Source: Psychrobacter cryohalolentis K5
GTDB taxonomy: Bacteria; Pseudomonadota; Gammaproteobacteria; Pseudomonadales; Moraxellaceae
Reading direction: 5' to 3'
Assembly (NCBI RefSeq): GCF_000013905.1
Contig: NC_007969.1
Coordinates: 2,220,001-2,252,000, forward strand
DNA: 32,000 nucleotides
The position numbers and the translations under genes are program-made. The notes beneath the pieces were generated by a model. That model saw only the letters and a list, made by a program, of their open reading frames with translations. It was not told where the DNA came from and ran no database searches. Shown here one piece after another: positions 1 to 8,102 of the stretch. Every line of letters begins with the position of its first letter. Position 1 is the first letter of the stretch.

Positions 1-620
1 TGATCTCTGCACCTAAAACAGCTTCTTCTAACGTGCGACAAACAATGACTTTCAAACCTGAGTCTGAAAGGTTGTCAGCCGTTTTCTGCGATGCTGCTGG
101 ATCAACATCATACAAACGAACTTCTGAGATACCCATGATGGCTTTCATACCCAATGCTTGAAATTCAGACTGAGCGCCGTTTCCTATTAACGCCAGTTTT
201 GTAACGTCTTTTGGCGCACAATGTTTGGCCAACATAGCTGATGTGGCAGCCGTACGTAATGCCGTCAGGATACACATCTCTGTCAGCAAAATAGGATAGC
301 CAGTTTCGACGTCAGACAAGATACCCATCGCCGCCACGGTCTGCAAGTTTCGTTTGGTATTGATTGGATGACCATTGACATATTTGCAGGCAAACATCTC
401 TCCATCGCTGACTGGCATCAACTCGATGACACCGTTTTTTGAATGCGAAGCAAAGCGAGAAGATTTTTCAAATTGATCCCAACGAAGATAATCTTGCTCT
501 AAAGCATCCACTAGATCTGTAATACATTGCTCAACGCCATAATCATGAATCATTTTAGCCATCGCTTGTACACTAACGAATGGCACGCCTTCCTTGGGTG
601 ATACGATAAATTTAGACATT
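1..620 (-). CDS. Ornithine cyclodeaminase / mu-crystallin family protein, N-terminal ~206 codons; the 3' end lies outside the window
   Basis: Hand translation of the reverse strand from ATG (620-618) gives MSKFIVSPKEGVPFVSVQAMAKMIHDYGVEQCITDLVDALEQDYLRWDQFEKSSRFASHSKNGVIELMPVSDGEMFACKYVNGHPINTKRNLQTVAAMGILSDVETGYPILLTEMCILTALRTAATSAMLAKHCAPKDVTKLALIGNGAQSEFQALGM... The frame stays open to the window edge, which is why it is absent from the ORF track. The LTALRTAA and IGNGAQ (Rossmann) signatures are typical of the OCD family. A divergent Lrp/AsnC regulator is a usual partner. Confidence 0.8.
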
Positions 621-641
621 AATGCTGTTCCTTTTCATGAA

Positions 642-668
642 TATTGTTTGTTGAACCAACAATTAATA
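642..668. promoter_or_regulatory. Imperfect 27-bp palindrome in the divergent ocd-like/lrp promoter region (candidate Lrp-type operator)
   Basis: The sequence is tattgtttgttg-aac-caacaattaata. The inner 6+6 bp (ttgttg/caacaa) are perfect and 10 of 12 arm positions pair. It sits 22 nt upstream of the ocd-like start codon. This is positional and structural evidence only. Confidence 0.25.
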
Positions 669-787
669 TGCTACCAATTATAATTGTCAGTTAAAATGTC
701 AATAAGTTATTAAATATGGACGTATTTTTGACATATTGTTAAGTACTACTTAGCATAATGTCAAAATTCAATGAAGGAAGCATTTTT

Positions 788-1219
788 ATGGCGTATTACA
801 CTTATGACTCTTTAGATAGCGAACTGATATCTGAGCTGCGACAAGATGGTCGAGCAACCATCTCAAACCTTGCTAAAAAACTCAAAGTTTCTCGTGCCAC
901 TGTCCAAAACAGATTGGATAGACTGATTCATAACGGCGCTATTTTAGGATTCACGATTCGAGTGCATGAAGCACTAGATAAAGAAACCGTCAAAGCGATG
1001 ATGATGATTGAAGTGACAGGAAAGTCTACGTCACAAGTGATTAGGAAACTGCGGGGTATCCCGCAACTGATTAAGCTACATACAACCAATGGGGCGTGGG
1101 ACTTGGTCGCAGAGATACACACTACAAGCTTGAGAGAATTTGATGAAGTGCTGCGTCAAGTAAGAGAAATTGACGGCATTCTGAATAGCGAAACCAGTGT
1201 TCTGCTTTCGAGTTTGTAA
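788..1219 (+). CDS. Lrp/AsnC family transcriptional regulator
   Basis: This is the track ORF 758..1219. MAYYTYDSLDSELISELRQDGRATISNLAKKLKVSRATVQNRLDRLIHNGAILGF is the classic N-terminal HTH_AsnC, followed by an AsnC_trans_reg-like C-terminal domain. I prefer ATG 788 because GAAGGAAG lies 7 nt upstream; ATG 758 has no obvious RBS. Confidence 0.9.
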   Translation: MAYYTYDSLDSELISELRQDGRATISNLAKKLKVSRATVQNRLDRLIHNGAILGFTIRVHEALDKETVKAMMMIEVTGKSTSQVIRKLRGIPQLIKLHTTNGAWDLVAEIHTTSLREFDEVLRQVREIDGILNSETSVLLSSL

Positions 1220-1250
1220 TATAACTATACCCAGAAAAATATGTTCAGCA

Positions 1251-1519
1251 CAGCCAAAGGTTCAATTCCCTAGTGAGGACTTGAATCTTAGGCTGTAGGC
1301 TAAGGGTATCAATGGTTTGTGTAGTGGCATAATAAAACTGGACAGCTTCTAAGAGGTTAGATAAACCCAAAGAAGGAAAATAGTATGACCAACAAACGCG
1401 ACCAATATATCCAAGAATTCAAACTTAAAGCTATCAGCTTAGTGGTTGATCACCAACGTAAAATACTCGATGTAGCAAACTCACTTGGTATTGGTAGATC
1501 AACTGTAGTGATCAAATAA
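1251..1519 (+). mobile_element. Decayed IS3-family insertion-sequence remnant (putative left end plus truncated orfA)
   Basis: A 44-codon ORF matches the N-terminal HTH of IS3-family OrfA transposases. It begins about 100 nt downstream of a 35-nt segment (1251-1285) that recurs inverted at 26606-26640. No orfB/DDE region follows, and the next gene (GT2) ends at 1564. Confidence 0.5.
1385..1519 (+). pseudogene. IS3-family transposase OrfA, N-terminal fragment (44 aa)
   Basis: My translation is MTNKRDQYIQEFKLKAISLVVDHQRKILDVANSLGIGRSTVVIK*. The pattern (R..Y..EFKL.AV.LV........VA..LGI..ST) is typical of the IS3/IS911/IS150 OrfA helix-turn-helix. It is truncated right after the HTH and is too short for the ORF track. 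Confidence 0.65.
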
Positions 1520-1563
1520 TTTAGAACATCTGACCACTACAGTACAGTCTCATATTGCATATC

Positions 1564-2238
1564 TTAATGTAGATTGTTTTGTTCTAAATGGGTTAGAAAT
1601 GCTGCAAAACCTTCGGTTGCTCGAGCCTGTAGTCGGCTACTGGTCATTACACGGACACGATTGCTCCAAGTGATGGCATAGCTTTGAGCTTCAAATCTAC
1701 TGACCAAGTCCACATCCTCATGACAAGGTATAGATGCAAAGCCGCCAACAGCCAGATAAGCCTCACTACTAAAACTTAAATTTGCTCCATGAATATGATG
1801 GTGTCCCATTCTATCTTGGTAATGAGCGATATAATCCTTTCGAGTTTGCGGTGTTAACCGTGCCCAACTGTCAACTTGCACTACGCCGCAAATCATATCT
1901 GTCGGCTGGTGGCTAATATGTTCAATCTGCTGTGCCAACCAATCCACAGTTACCACGGAGTCAGCGTCTGTACAGGCAATCCATGTGGCACCATTTGTGA
2001 TCGCATGACGAATACCAATATCTCTCACCCTTCCCACACATTGATAGTCACAGCATAAGTAATCAATGCCAGCGGCTTTGACGATGGACTGCGTATTATC
2101 AGTGCAGTTATCCAACACCACTAGCGGATACGCTTTAATCGTTGAGGGCAATTGCTCGATAGCGGTCCGTACTGATGCCAAGCATTTAGCGATGGTCATT
2201 GCCTCATTATGAGCGGGAATCACAATGCCAATTTTCAT
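1564..2238 (-). CDS. Family 2 glycosyltransferase (GT-A fold)
   Basis: MKIGIVIPAHNEAMTIAKCL...VVLDNCTDNT...ACTDADSVV shows the GT2 N-terminal signature and a DxD-like DAD motif. It is the last gene of the ots-linked minus-strand string. Confidence 0.85.
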   Translation of the reverse strand: MKIGIVIPAHNEAMTIAKCLASVRTAIEQLPSTIKAYPLVVLDNCTDNTQSIVKAAGIDYLCCDYQCVGRVRDIGIRHAITNGATWIACTDADSVVTVDWLAQQIEHISHQPTDMICGVVQVDSWARLTPQTRKDYIAHYQDRMGHHHIHGANLSFSSEAYLAVGGFASIPCHEDVDLVSRFEAQSYAITWSNRVRVMTSSRLQARATEGFAAFLTHLEQNNLH

Positions 2239-2282
2239 AGCCTATTTACCTTTCTACTCAGTTTTTTAAAACTTACACTCTG

Positions 2283-3080
2283 TTATATCAAGTTTTCTTG
2301 CATAGCTACCGAGCTTGGAGAACGTTGCCAAATATCTAATAAGAAATCATCGTCTATCACTTGGCTTTGATGATTGAACGCAACGTGATGCTTCTCATTA
2401 TTTGCAAAGTTAAAGGCATGGTGCAGGCGCTGATGTACAGTTTCACCTGTCATAGCAAAGCCATCAATAGCATAGCGCCAATGACAGCATAGCAATGTAC
2501 CGCCTATAACGAGGTTTTGCTGAGTCCAAGCAATCACCGTGTCAATATCATTGGGTGATAAATAATATAAAATCTCACTAATGACAATTAAATCAAAGGC
2601 TGGCTCTATAGTAGGCGTATCGTTTGATAAAGGAGAAGCCTCTATGATTGCCTCCTTTAAATTTAATAATCTATTAGGAACCACACCTTGAATAACCTTA
2701 ACATGAGACAATTCTGCCAAGCGCTCTTTGGCAAGTTGCACTGCCCGTTCATTACCATCGATACTCACTAATGCCCGACAACGTTTAGCTAATAACTCAC
2801 TAAGCACGCCGTTTCCGCAGCCTAGTTCAATGGTATTGTTATATTGAGATTGGGGTAGTATCGCTAGACAAATATCACGTTTTCGTTTTTCATACCAGCG
2901 AGTTTGATACTGCCATGGGTCTGTGTTGTCATTATATAATGCGTCAAAATACGATTCTGAATAAGCAGATGATTGGCACTTAGTAGCAGAATTATCGTCT
3001 AAGACAGTTTTAGCATAATCTATACTGTCGACTAAGTTATCGGCATTCATCGACGGCTTAGGTTCAGAGGTGTGAGTCAT
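2283..3080 (-). CDS. SAM-dependent methyltransferase, NodS-like
   Basis: DPWQYQTRWYEKRKRDICLAIL...IELGCGNGVLSELLAKRC matches the NodS-type N-terminal block plus SAM motif I (ExGCGxG). I prefer start ATG 3080 (MTHTSEPK...), which overlaps the upstream PIG-L stop by 17 nt. The longer track ORF (to 3188) would lie inside the PIG-L gene. Confidence 0.85.
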   Translation of the reverse strand: MTHTSEPKPSMNADNLVDSIDYAKTVLDDNSATKCQSSAYSESYFDALYNDNTDPWQYQTRWYEKRKRDICLAILPQSQYNNTIELGCGNGVLSELLAKRCRALVSIDGNERAVQLAKERLAELSHVKVIQGVVPNRLLNLKEAIIEASPLSNDTPTIEPAFDLIVISEILYYLSPNDIDTVIAWTQQNLVIGGTLLCCHWRYAIDGFAMTGETVHQRLHHAFNFANNEKHHVAFNHQSQVIDDDFLLDIWQRSPSSVAMQENLI

Positions 3081-3924
3081 ATAAATAAACCTCCCAAGGT
3101 TGGCTGATTCTAGCGATCGTTTGCGCGGATAAAATAGGCGGATTGCCCGTACTGTCATCAGCAGTGATTTGACTTTCAAAGCAGGCAATGGCCTCTATTT
3201 TACGCTGTAGCTGCTCAGTGGTTAAGTCAACTCTCATGGCACAGTGCCAAGGAATACGGCTATCCGCAGGTTTTGCCCAATGCCATGCCCAAATCAACAC
3301 TTGATAACAGACTAAATGATGCTGCTTGGCAAATGAGACAACCACTTGTCCAGTTGCTTCATGGTCAGGATGCCCGTCGTACATAAAGGGCGTTATTAAA
3401 ATATCGTTAGGTTGAATAATGGTGGATAGTTTCTGGTGAAACTGATCTTGTTGGGCAAAGACATTACCATCTGTTAAATTTAATTCAATAGTCATAACTT
3501 GATGGGCCACACTCAACACTTCTAGCGCTTTAATACTTTCTTGTGGACGGATGACATTAAGCTTTTCTTGAGAATAAACGTGCGAGTTTGGATGACTTTG
3601 TGTGCCATTAGTCACGTGAATAAGAACGATAGGATTGCCATTCGCCGCCAGTTGTTGCAACAGACCGCCACAGCCTAGCACTTCATCATCAGGATGCGGG
3701 GCGAAGATACAGACACGCTGATGCGGGGCAAAGCTTTTTGCAATATCAAATCGAGGCATGTCTTGCAGTCCTGACCAGTTTTTCCAAGCATCTTGACTGG
3801 TGCCATCACCTTCAATAACACGGTCACCTACAATCGGATGGTTGCCTTTAAGCGTATCAACATGCGTGACGGCGACATCCTTGTTTGTAAGTTTTATAAC
3901 CTTATTGGATATTATAGTTGCCAT
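3064..3924 (-). CDS. PIG-L/LmbE family N-acetylglucosaminyl deacetylase
   Basis: FAPHPDDEVLGCGG (the AHPDDE zinc motif) and DGHPDHEATG (the HPDH motif) are diagnostic of the PIG-L/MshB/BshB family. Confidence 0.9.
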   Translation of the reverse strand: MATIISNKVIKLTNKDVAVTHVDTLKGNHPIVGDRVIEGDGTSQDAWKNWSGLQDMPRFDIAKSFAPHQRVCIFAPHPDDEVLGCGGLLQQLAANGNPIVLIHVTNGTQSHPNSHVYSQEKLNVIRPQESIKALEVLSVAHQVMTIELNLTDGNVFAQQDQFHQKLSTIIQPNDILITPFMYDGHPDHEATGQVVVSFAKQHHLVCYQVLIWAWHWAKPADSRIPWHCAMRVDLTTEQLQRKIEAIACFESQITADDSTGNPPILSAQTIARISQPWEVYLYDSHL

Positions 3925-5000
3925 ATATTGTCCTGCCCATCAGTTAAGTCATTGGCTAAAATACCAGTTAATTCGCCGATTTTCTGTAAGTCAAAAGCGC
4001 CATGACTTTGGCGGATAAACACGGGCAGATCGGCTGACAATCTTGCAAAATGGGCATTGCGACAAAATGGTGCTGCTCCCAATGCCTGCCCGACAACCTC
4101 CATTACTTGGCGAGCGACTTTCTCAACTTGTAATTTTAGCTGGCGTATGGCAAGTTCATGACTCAGCTGTGGCTGGCTATCTATTAAATCAGCAACATAA
4201 CGAAAATACTGCTGAGTGACTGCCAATGCCGTACTAATTTGACCCAAATACATCGCTTTATAATCGTTTGGTTTTTGCTCATAGGCGCTGATTAAATAGT
4301 CTGCTAGGTAAGCGGTTGCCCCGTACCAGCAAGCAGCAACACCTGCCGCTCCATGCCAAAACCCCACACGTTCTAGATAAGCATTGGCTATCCCAACTTG
4401 ACTGGCTGTCACCTTAAAAAACTGTAAAGTTGCTGTATCAGTGGCTTGCATCCCTACCGCCTGCCATTCCTCATTATCAATCTCAATGCCAGTTTGCTGC
4501 ATATCTACAATAAGTAACTGCGATTGACCATTCTTATCACGATAGGTCATTAGCGCGCGATCAACAATGTTGGCGCCAGAACACCACTCTTTTGTACCGC
4601 TGATTTTACCCTGCTGATAATGAATAGGATTGGAGTGACCCTCTGCTGCCCAAACAGCCCACAACCCTTGATCCGCTTTATCATAGCCCACCTCATGTAA
4701 AATACTTAGCGCATCCAAGTGCGACTCAAACCATTTTGCAATCGTTAAATCAACACCTGCTACATAAGCCAAAATTTGCCAACGGATCAATGTGCTTGAT
4801 ATTGCACCATTTACATTGGTAGCACCACTTGCCGGATGCGGGACTTTCTCGCTATAGGTGATTAAGGCTTTTAGAATGTCATGACGTAATGCATCAGTTA
4901 AGCCAAGCGTCCTAATGGTTTGATTATTAGTATGTATGATATTGTCTATACTGGCTTTAATCTCTGATAATAAAGGATTTGTTGCATCTAACGGTAGCAT
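3912..5000 (-). CDS. Acyl-CoA dehydrogenase-fold flavoprotein (dehydrogenase or oxygenase; function unassigned)
   Basis: 362 aa. The central GTKEWCSGANIVDRALM matches the GxKxWxS/TxA beta-domain block of the ACAD superfamily, and it is flanked by helical N- and C-terminal domains. The gene overlaps the PIG-L start by 13 nt. Confidence 0.7.
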   Translation of the reverse strand: MLPLDATNPLLSEIKASIDNIIHTNNQTIRTLGLTDALRHDILKALITYSEKVPHPASGATNVNGAISSTLIRWQILAYVAGVDLTIAKWFESHLDALSILHEVGYDKADQGLWAVWAAEGHSNPIHYQQGKISGTKEWCSGANIVDRALMTYRDKNGQSQLLIVDMQQTGIEIDNEEWQAVGMQATDTATLQFFKVTASQVGIANAYLERVGFWHGAAGVAACWYGATAYLADYLISAYEQKPNDYKAMYLGQISTALAVTQQYFRYVADLIDSQPQLSHELAIRQLKLQVEKVARQVMEVVGQALGAAPFCRNAHFARLSADLPVFIRQSHGAFDLQKIGELTGILANDLTDGQDNIWQL

Positions 5001-5019
5001 AAGGGTCTCCTAATCGTTC

Positions 5020-6621
5020 TTATGAGTCAGACATTTGGACTGTGACAGGTTTCGAAATATCTGTTTGTCGCCTTTTAACATCATACAGATCATCTAAAAA
5101 ACTCTGCTGCCAAGCTTGCAAGTTATCTTTTTGCAGTCCTTGCAGTAGAGATTGATAGCGTGACTGCCGCTCACCTAATGGCATTGTCAAAGCAATCCCT
5201 AAACCGTCTGTCATACTTTTTGGTTGATGTGGATCGATAATGACTGCGGCTTGCATTTGCGCCGCTGCCCCAGCGTAACGTGAGAGCAATAGCACGCCAG
5301 GATTATCAGGATTTTGCGCTGCAATATACTCTTTGGCAACCAGATTCATACCATCTTTGAGCGAATTGACCCAGCCGATATCACTCTGCCAAAACATCGT
5401 CATTAGTGTCTCGTGGCTTATTACACTTTCGTCATAGTTGATAGCTTGCCAATTATCTGTAGAAGCATCTTTTGTATACTTACTGGGCAAAAACTGCTGA
5501 TTAATATCATTAACAGCAGTTTTAACATCATGATGAAGTTGTTGATAAGCAGACACATCTAAGCGACTAGGACAGGCGATTTGTAATAATTTCAGTTGAT
5601 TCTGATAGGACGGATTTTGCTGTAAAAAATTGCGATATGCTGAAAAACGTTTTAATAAACCTTTTGAGTAATCAATTCTATCTACTGCAATAATCTGCTG
5701 GGCGTTATACTTTATGCCTTTTTTGCTCTGATGAGCTTTGACGGATTGTACTGAGCACTGCGAAGACAAGGGACTGACCTGTTGTTGGATTCTCTCCACA
5801 TTCACACCGATTGGATAAGCCTTAACCATTAAAGAATGCTGGGATTTTAAATCTAAATTGAGCAGTAACTGCACATCAGATGATTTATATAGAGTAGCAG
5901 CATGTTTGTCGTGTAAAACATTTATTGGTGAGAGCTCTAAAGAACAAACTTCTAAAATCTTATCTGTTAAATAATATCTGCAAACCGCAAGGCAGTTGGC
6001 TCTACCTTGATGAGTTTGTGTACCAAGTACGTCATAATGAGCAAGGTGCCTAATGAGCTCATCGCTTTTATCAAGCGATTGCCAAAATGGCAATGAGACA
6101 AATGGGATGTGTAAAAAAAATCCGATACGATTGTGAATACCCAACTGCCTACAATGATATGCCACACTTAAAAAGTGATAATCATGAACCCAAATCACAT
6201 CATCAGGCTTAATAATCTTCTTTAATTGCTTAGCAAAAAGACGGTTTACCTCTTGATAGCCTGCGTAATCCTCTGGTGTTTCATGAATTAAATCAGGTCG
6301 CTCGTGCAATAATGGCCACAATACATTATTGGCAAACCCACAGTAAAACTGCTGATATTGCTCAGTCGTAAAAGCAGTGGTCATATAGGTAATAGAAGTC
6401 TTGCCCTGTGATATATCTATGCCTGATAAGACAGCTTGTTTGGTAATACTAAATTCATGAGAGAAATCTTCATCAAGTCTATTAACAATTTCACCATTCC
6501 AGCCCATCCAAATGACTGATTTTTCCATTAACACGTCTTGCAGTGCTATCGCCAGTCCGCCTGCCATTGGATTTTTATCAGGCATTTTAACCCGATTAGA
6601 CAAGACGATTAAGCGGCTCAT
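5020..6621 (-). CDS. otsA: Alpha,alpha-trehalose-phosphate synthase (UDP-forming)
   Basis: MSRLIVLSNRV...GGLA...WMGW...FANNVLWPLLH...VWVHDYHFL...FFLHIPF...DRIDYSKGL...SLKDGMNLVAKEY are canonical GT20 OtsA blocks. I prefer start ATG 6621, which forms an ATGA overlap with the otsB stop (6618-6620). Confidence 0.92.
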   Translation of the reverse strand: MSRLIVLSNRVKMPDKNPMAGGLAIALQDVLMEKSVIWMGWNGEIVNRLDEDFSHEFSITKQAVLSGIDISQGKTSITYMTTAFTTEQYQQFYCGFANNVLWPLLHERPDLIHETPEDYAGYQEVNRLFAKQLKKIIKPDDVIWVHDYHFLSVAYHCRQLGIHNRIGFFLHIPFVSLPFWQSLDKSDELIRHLAHYDVLGTQTHQGRANCLAVCRYYLTDKILEVCSLELSPINVLHDKHAATLYKSSDVQLLLNLDLKSQHSLMVKAYPIGVNVERIQQQVSPLSSQCSVQSVKAHQSKKGIKYNAQQIIAVDRIDYSKGLLKRFSAYRNFLQQNPSYQNQLKLLQIACPSRLDVSAYQQLHHDVKTAVNDINQQFLPSKYTKDASTDNWQAINYDESVISHETLMTMFWQSDIGWVNSLKDGMNLVAKEYIAAQNPDNPGVLLLSRYAGAAAQMQAAVIIDPHQPKSMTDGLGIALTMPLGERQSRYQSLLQGLQKDNLQAWQQSFLDDLYDVKRRQTDISKPVTVQMSDS

Positions 6622-7499
6622 ATCACGTGCCTCACTGTTTCTTTTGCTAGCATTGAATGCTCTTGGCAAAAGCTTAAAAAGCTATTCAGTAATATGGTGA
6701 CCTCATGAGTATTACGTACATAGTAATTGGCATGCGTAGCCTCACTACCAACCTTAATCCCCATCCCTTTTAATGGCTGTGGTTGACTGGCTATTATTTG
6801 ATTTTCACCTTGTACAGCCACAAACCCTACTTCATCCGTAATATCATCACCGATAAAAATAGGGAACATATTATTACTACTCTGCATTCTTTTTAATAAA
6901 GTCAGAATTGCGCTACCTTTATCCACTCCTTTTGGCACTACCTCCCAAACATATTTACCAGATTTCAATGTCCAGTTAGCATAAGTTTTTAAGGTTTCTA
7001 TCATGATGGTATAAGCCGCATCAGCCAAAACAGGGTTCTTTCGGAAATGGAGGGCGACAGAATAGGGTTTATCTTCTACGGTGAAGTCATCAAAGGGAAT
7101 GCAAGATTGGATAATAGACTTTCTTATTACAGCAAGTTCCATGATATCAACAGATACAACATGTGTCTCATTATGATCACTGATATCATCAAACGCTATT
7201 TCTAGTCCATGCGTTGCGGCAATCGGTAACACTAAAGGAGACAGCATTTGCCTTGCTTCAGCCAAACTGCGTCCTGTTACGACAGCAAGTTTTACACCAT
7301 GGCTTTGTATTTTTTGTAGAAGAGTTAAGGTTGATGTTGGGATAACGCTGTCTTTTGGATTCAGTGTGAAATCCGCTAACGTACCATCTATATCTAGAAA
7401 CAAATAATAATTTTGCTGAGGGCATAAATATTCAGCAAAGTTTTTTGGCAGAATATAGATAGGTCGCCTATTTATACTGGGATTTCTTCCTGAAGTCAC
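6618..7499 (-). CDS. otsB: Trehalose-phosphatase (HAD superfamily)
   Basis: FLDIDGTLADF is HAD motif I and FIGDDITDE is motif IV. The start is GTG at 7499, with AAGGGA 6 nt upstream. The gene is directly coupled to otsA. Confidence 0.88.
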   Translation of the reverse strand: MTSGRNPSINRRPIYILPKNFAEYLCPQQNYYLFLDIDGTLADFTLNPKDSVIPTSTLTLLQKIQSHGVKLAVVTGRSLAEARQMLSPLVLPIAATHGLEIAFDDISDHNETHVVSVDIMELAVIRKSIIQSCIPFDDFTVEDKPYSVALHFRKNPVLADAAYTIMIETLKTYANWTLKSGKYVWEVVPKGVDKGSAILTLLKRMQSSNNMFPIFIGDDITDEVGFVAVQGENQIIASQPQPLKGMGIKVGSEATHANYYVRNTHEVTILLNSFLSFCQEHSMLAKETVRHVI

Positions 7500-7722
7500 G
7501 TTTATTCCCTTTTAGTATGAGACCATTTTTCGCTCTAACACCACCTAAGTTTGAAATAATTTAGCTGCTAAAAGTTACTGTCGTTTTTAATATAGATCTA
7601 TAGGAAGGCCACTATTAAGCAACTAAACCTAATAAGAAGTGTGCCATAGCTCCAGTAAAAATCTAGTGACCAGAGTGTGCTATTTGACGTGAGTTCTGTA
7701 ACTCATTGAACACGGTTGCCAT

Positions 7723-8046
7723 TTATAGCAGGCCGCTATACATTGTATGTAATTCAATGGCGCTTAGCTTTTCGCGTAGTGCGCTCATTTGTAACTTGCA
7801 GCTCTTGTAATACGCTACTTTGTCTTTTTCTTTGTCCTCTAAGTTTTTTTGATAAGTAAAATCGTCCAATAGCATTAGACAATTTGTAATTAGCTTGAGA
7901 TTATTTAATGATAGATCCTCATACTTACCTAAAGTATGCGACTTGATTTTTGAGCGTAATTCAAATAATCCCAAATTACTGTCTTGATAATATTTTTTAA
8001 TCAGTTCGTCCCTTGATTCTACGCTACTCTTATCATTTTCTTTCAT
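7723..8046 (-). CDS. Hypothetical protein, 107 aa, no recognisable motif
   Basis: This is the track ORF 7723..8058. I prefer ATG 8046 (MKENDKSS...) because GAGGA lies 5 nt upstream. The protein is predicted all-helical and K/E/L-rich, with no signal peptide. The gene and its flanks are visibly more AT-rich than the neighbours. Confidence 0.5.
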   Translation of the reverse strand: MKENDKSSVESRDELIKKYYQDSNLGLFELRSKIKSHTLGKYEDLSLNNLKLITNCLMLLDDFTYQKNLEDKEKDKVAYYKSCKLQMSALREKLSAIELHTMYSGLL

Positions 8047-8102
8047 CGCAATCCTCAAACTATATACTCCTGTGCTTATAATTACCCATTTTTTATAAAT
8101 GA

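Noticed and set aside
1251-1285. tRNA 3' fragment / att site, suggested by ggttcaattcc (and gttcaagtcc in the partner copy), which resemble T-loop sequences
   Set aside because: The flanking bases cannot form a 5-bp T-stem or an acceptor stem in either copy, so I treat it as a generic dispersed repeat.
2283-3188. Long form of the methyltransferase ORF (301 aa); likewise the long forms of otsA (to 6669), ppc (from TTG 28040), RidA (TTG 22763), the 576-aa protein (TTG 17806) and GntR (to 31766)
   Set aside because: The N-terminal extensions overlap the preceding gene or lack an RBS. Internal ATG codons with good Shine-Dalgarno spacing, or ATGA-type coupling, give products of family-typical length.
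3793-4018. Two overlapping plus-strand ORFs (70 and 72 aa). Many other 60-110-aa antisense ORFs lie inside confident genes, for example 928-1122, 1876-2058, 9218-9406, 11587-11799, 16366-16686, 21355-21663, 25108-25440 and 30114-30522.
   Set aside because: All lie entirely within, and antisense or out of frame to, long ORFs with clear family signatures. They are frame shadows with no independent support.
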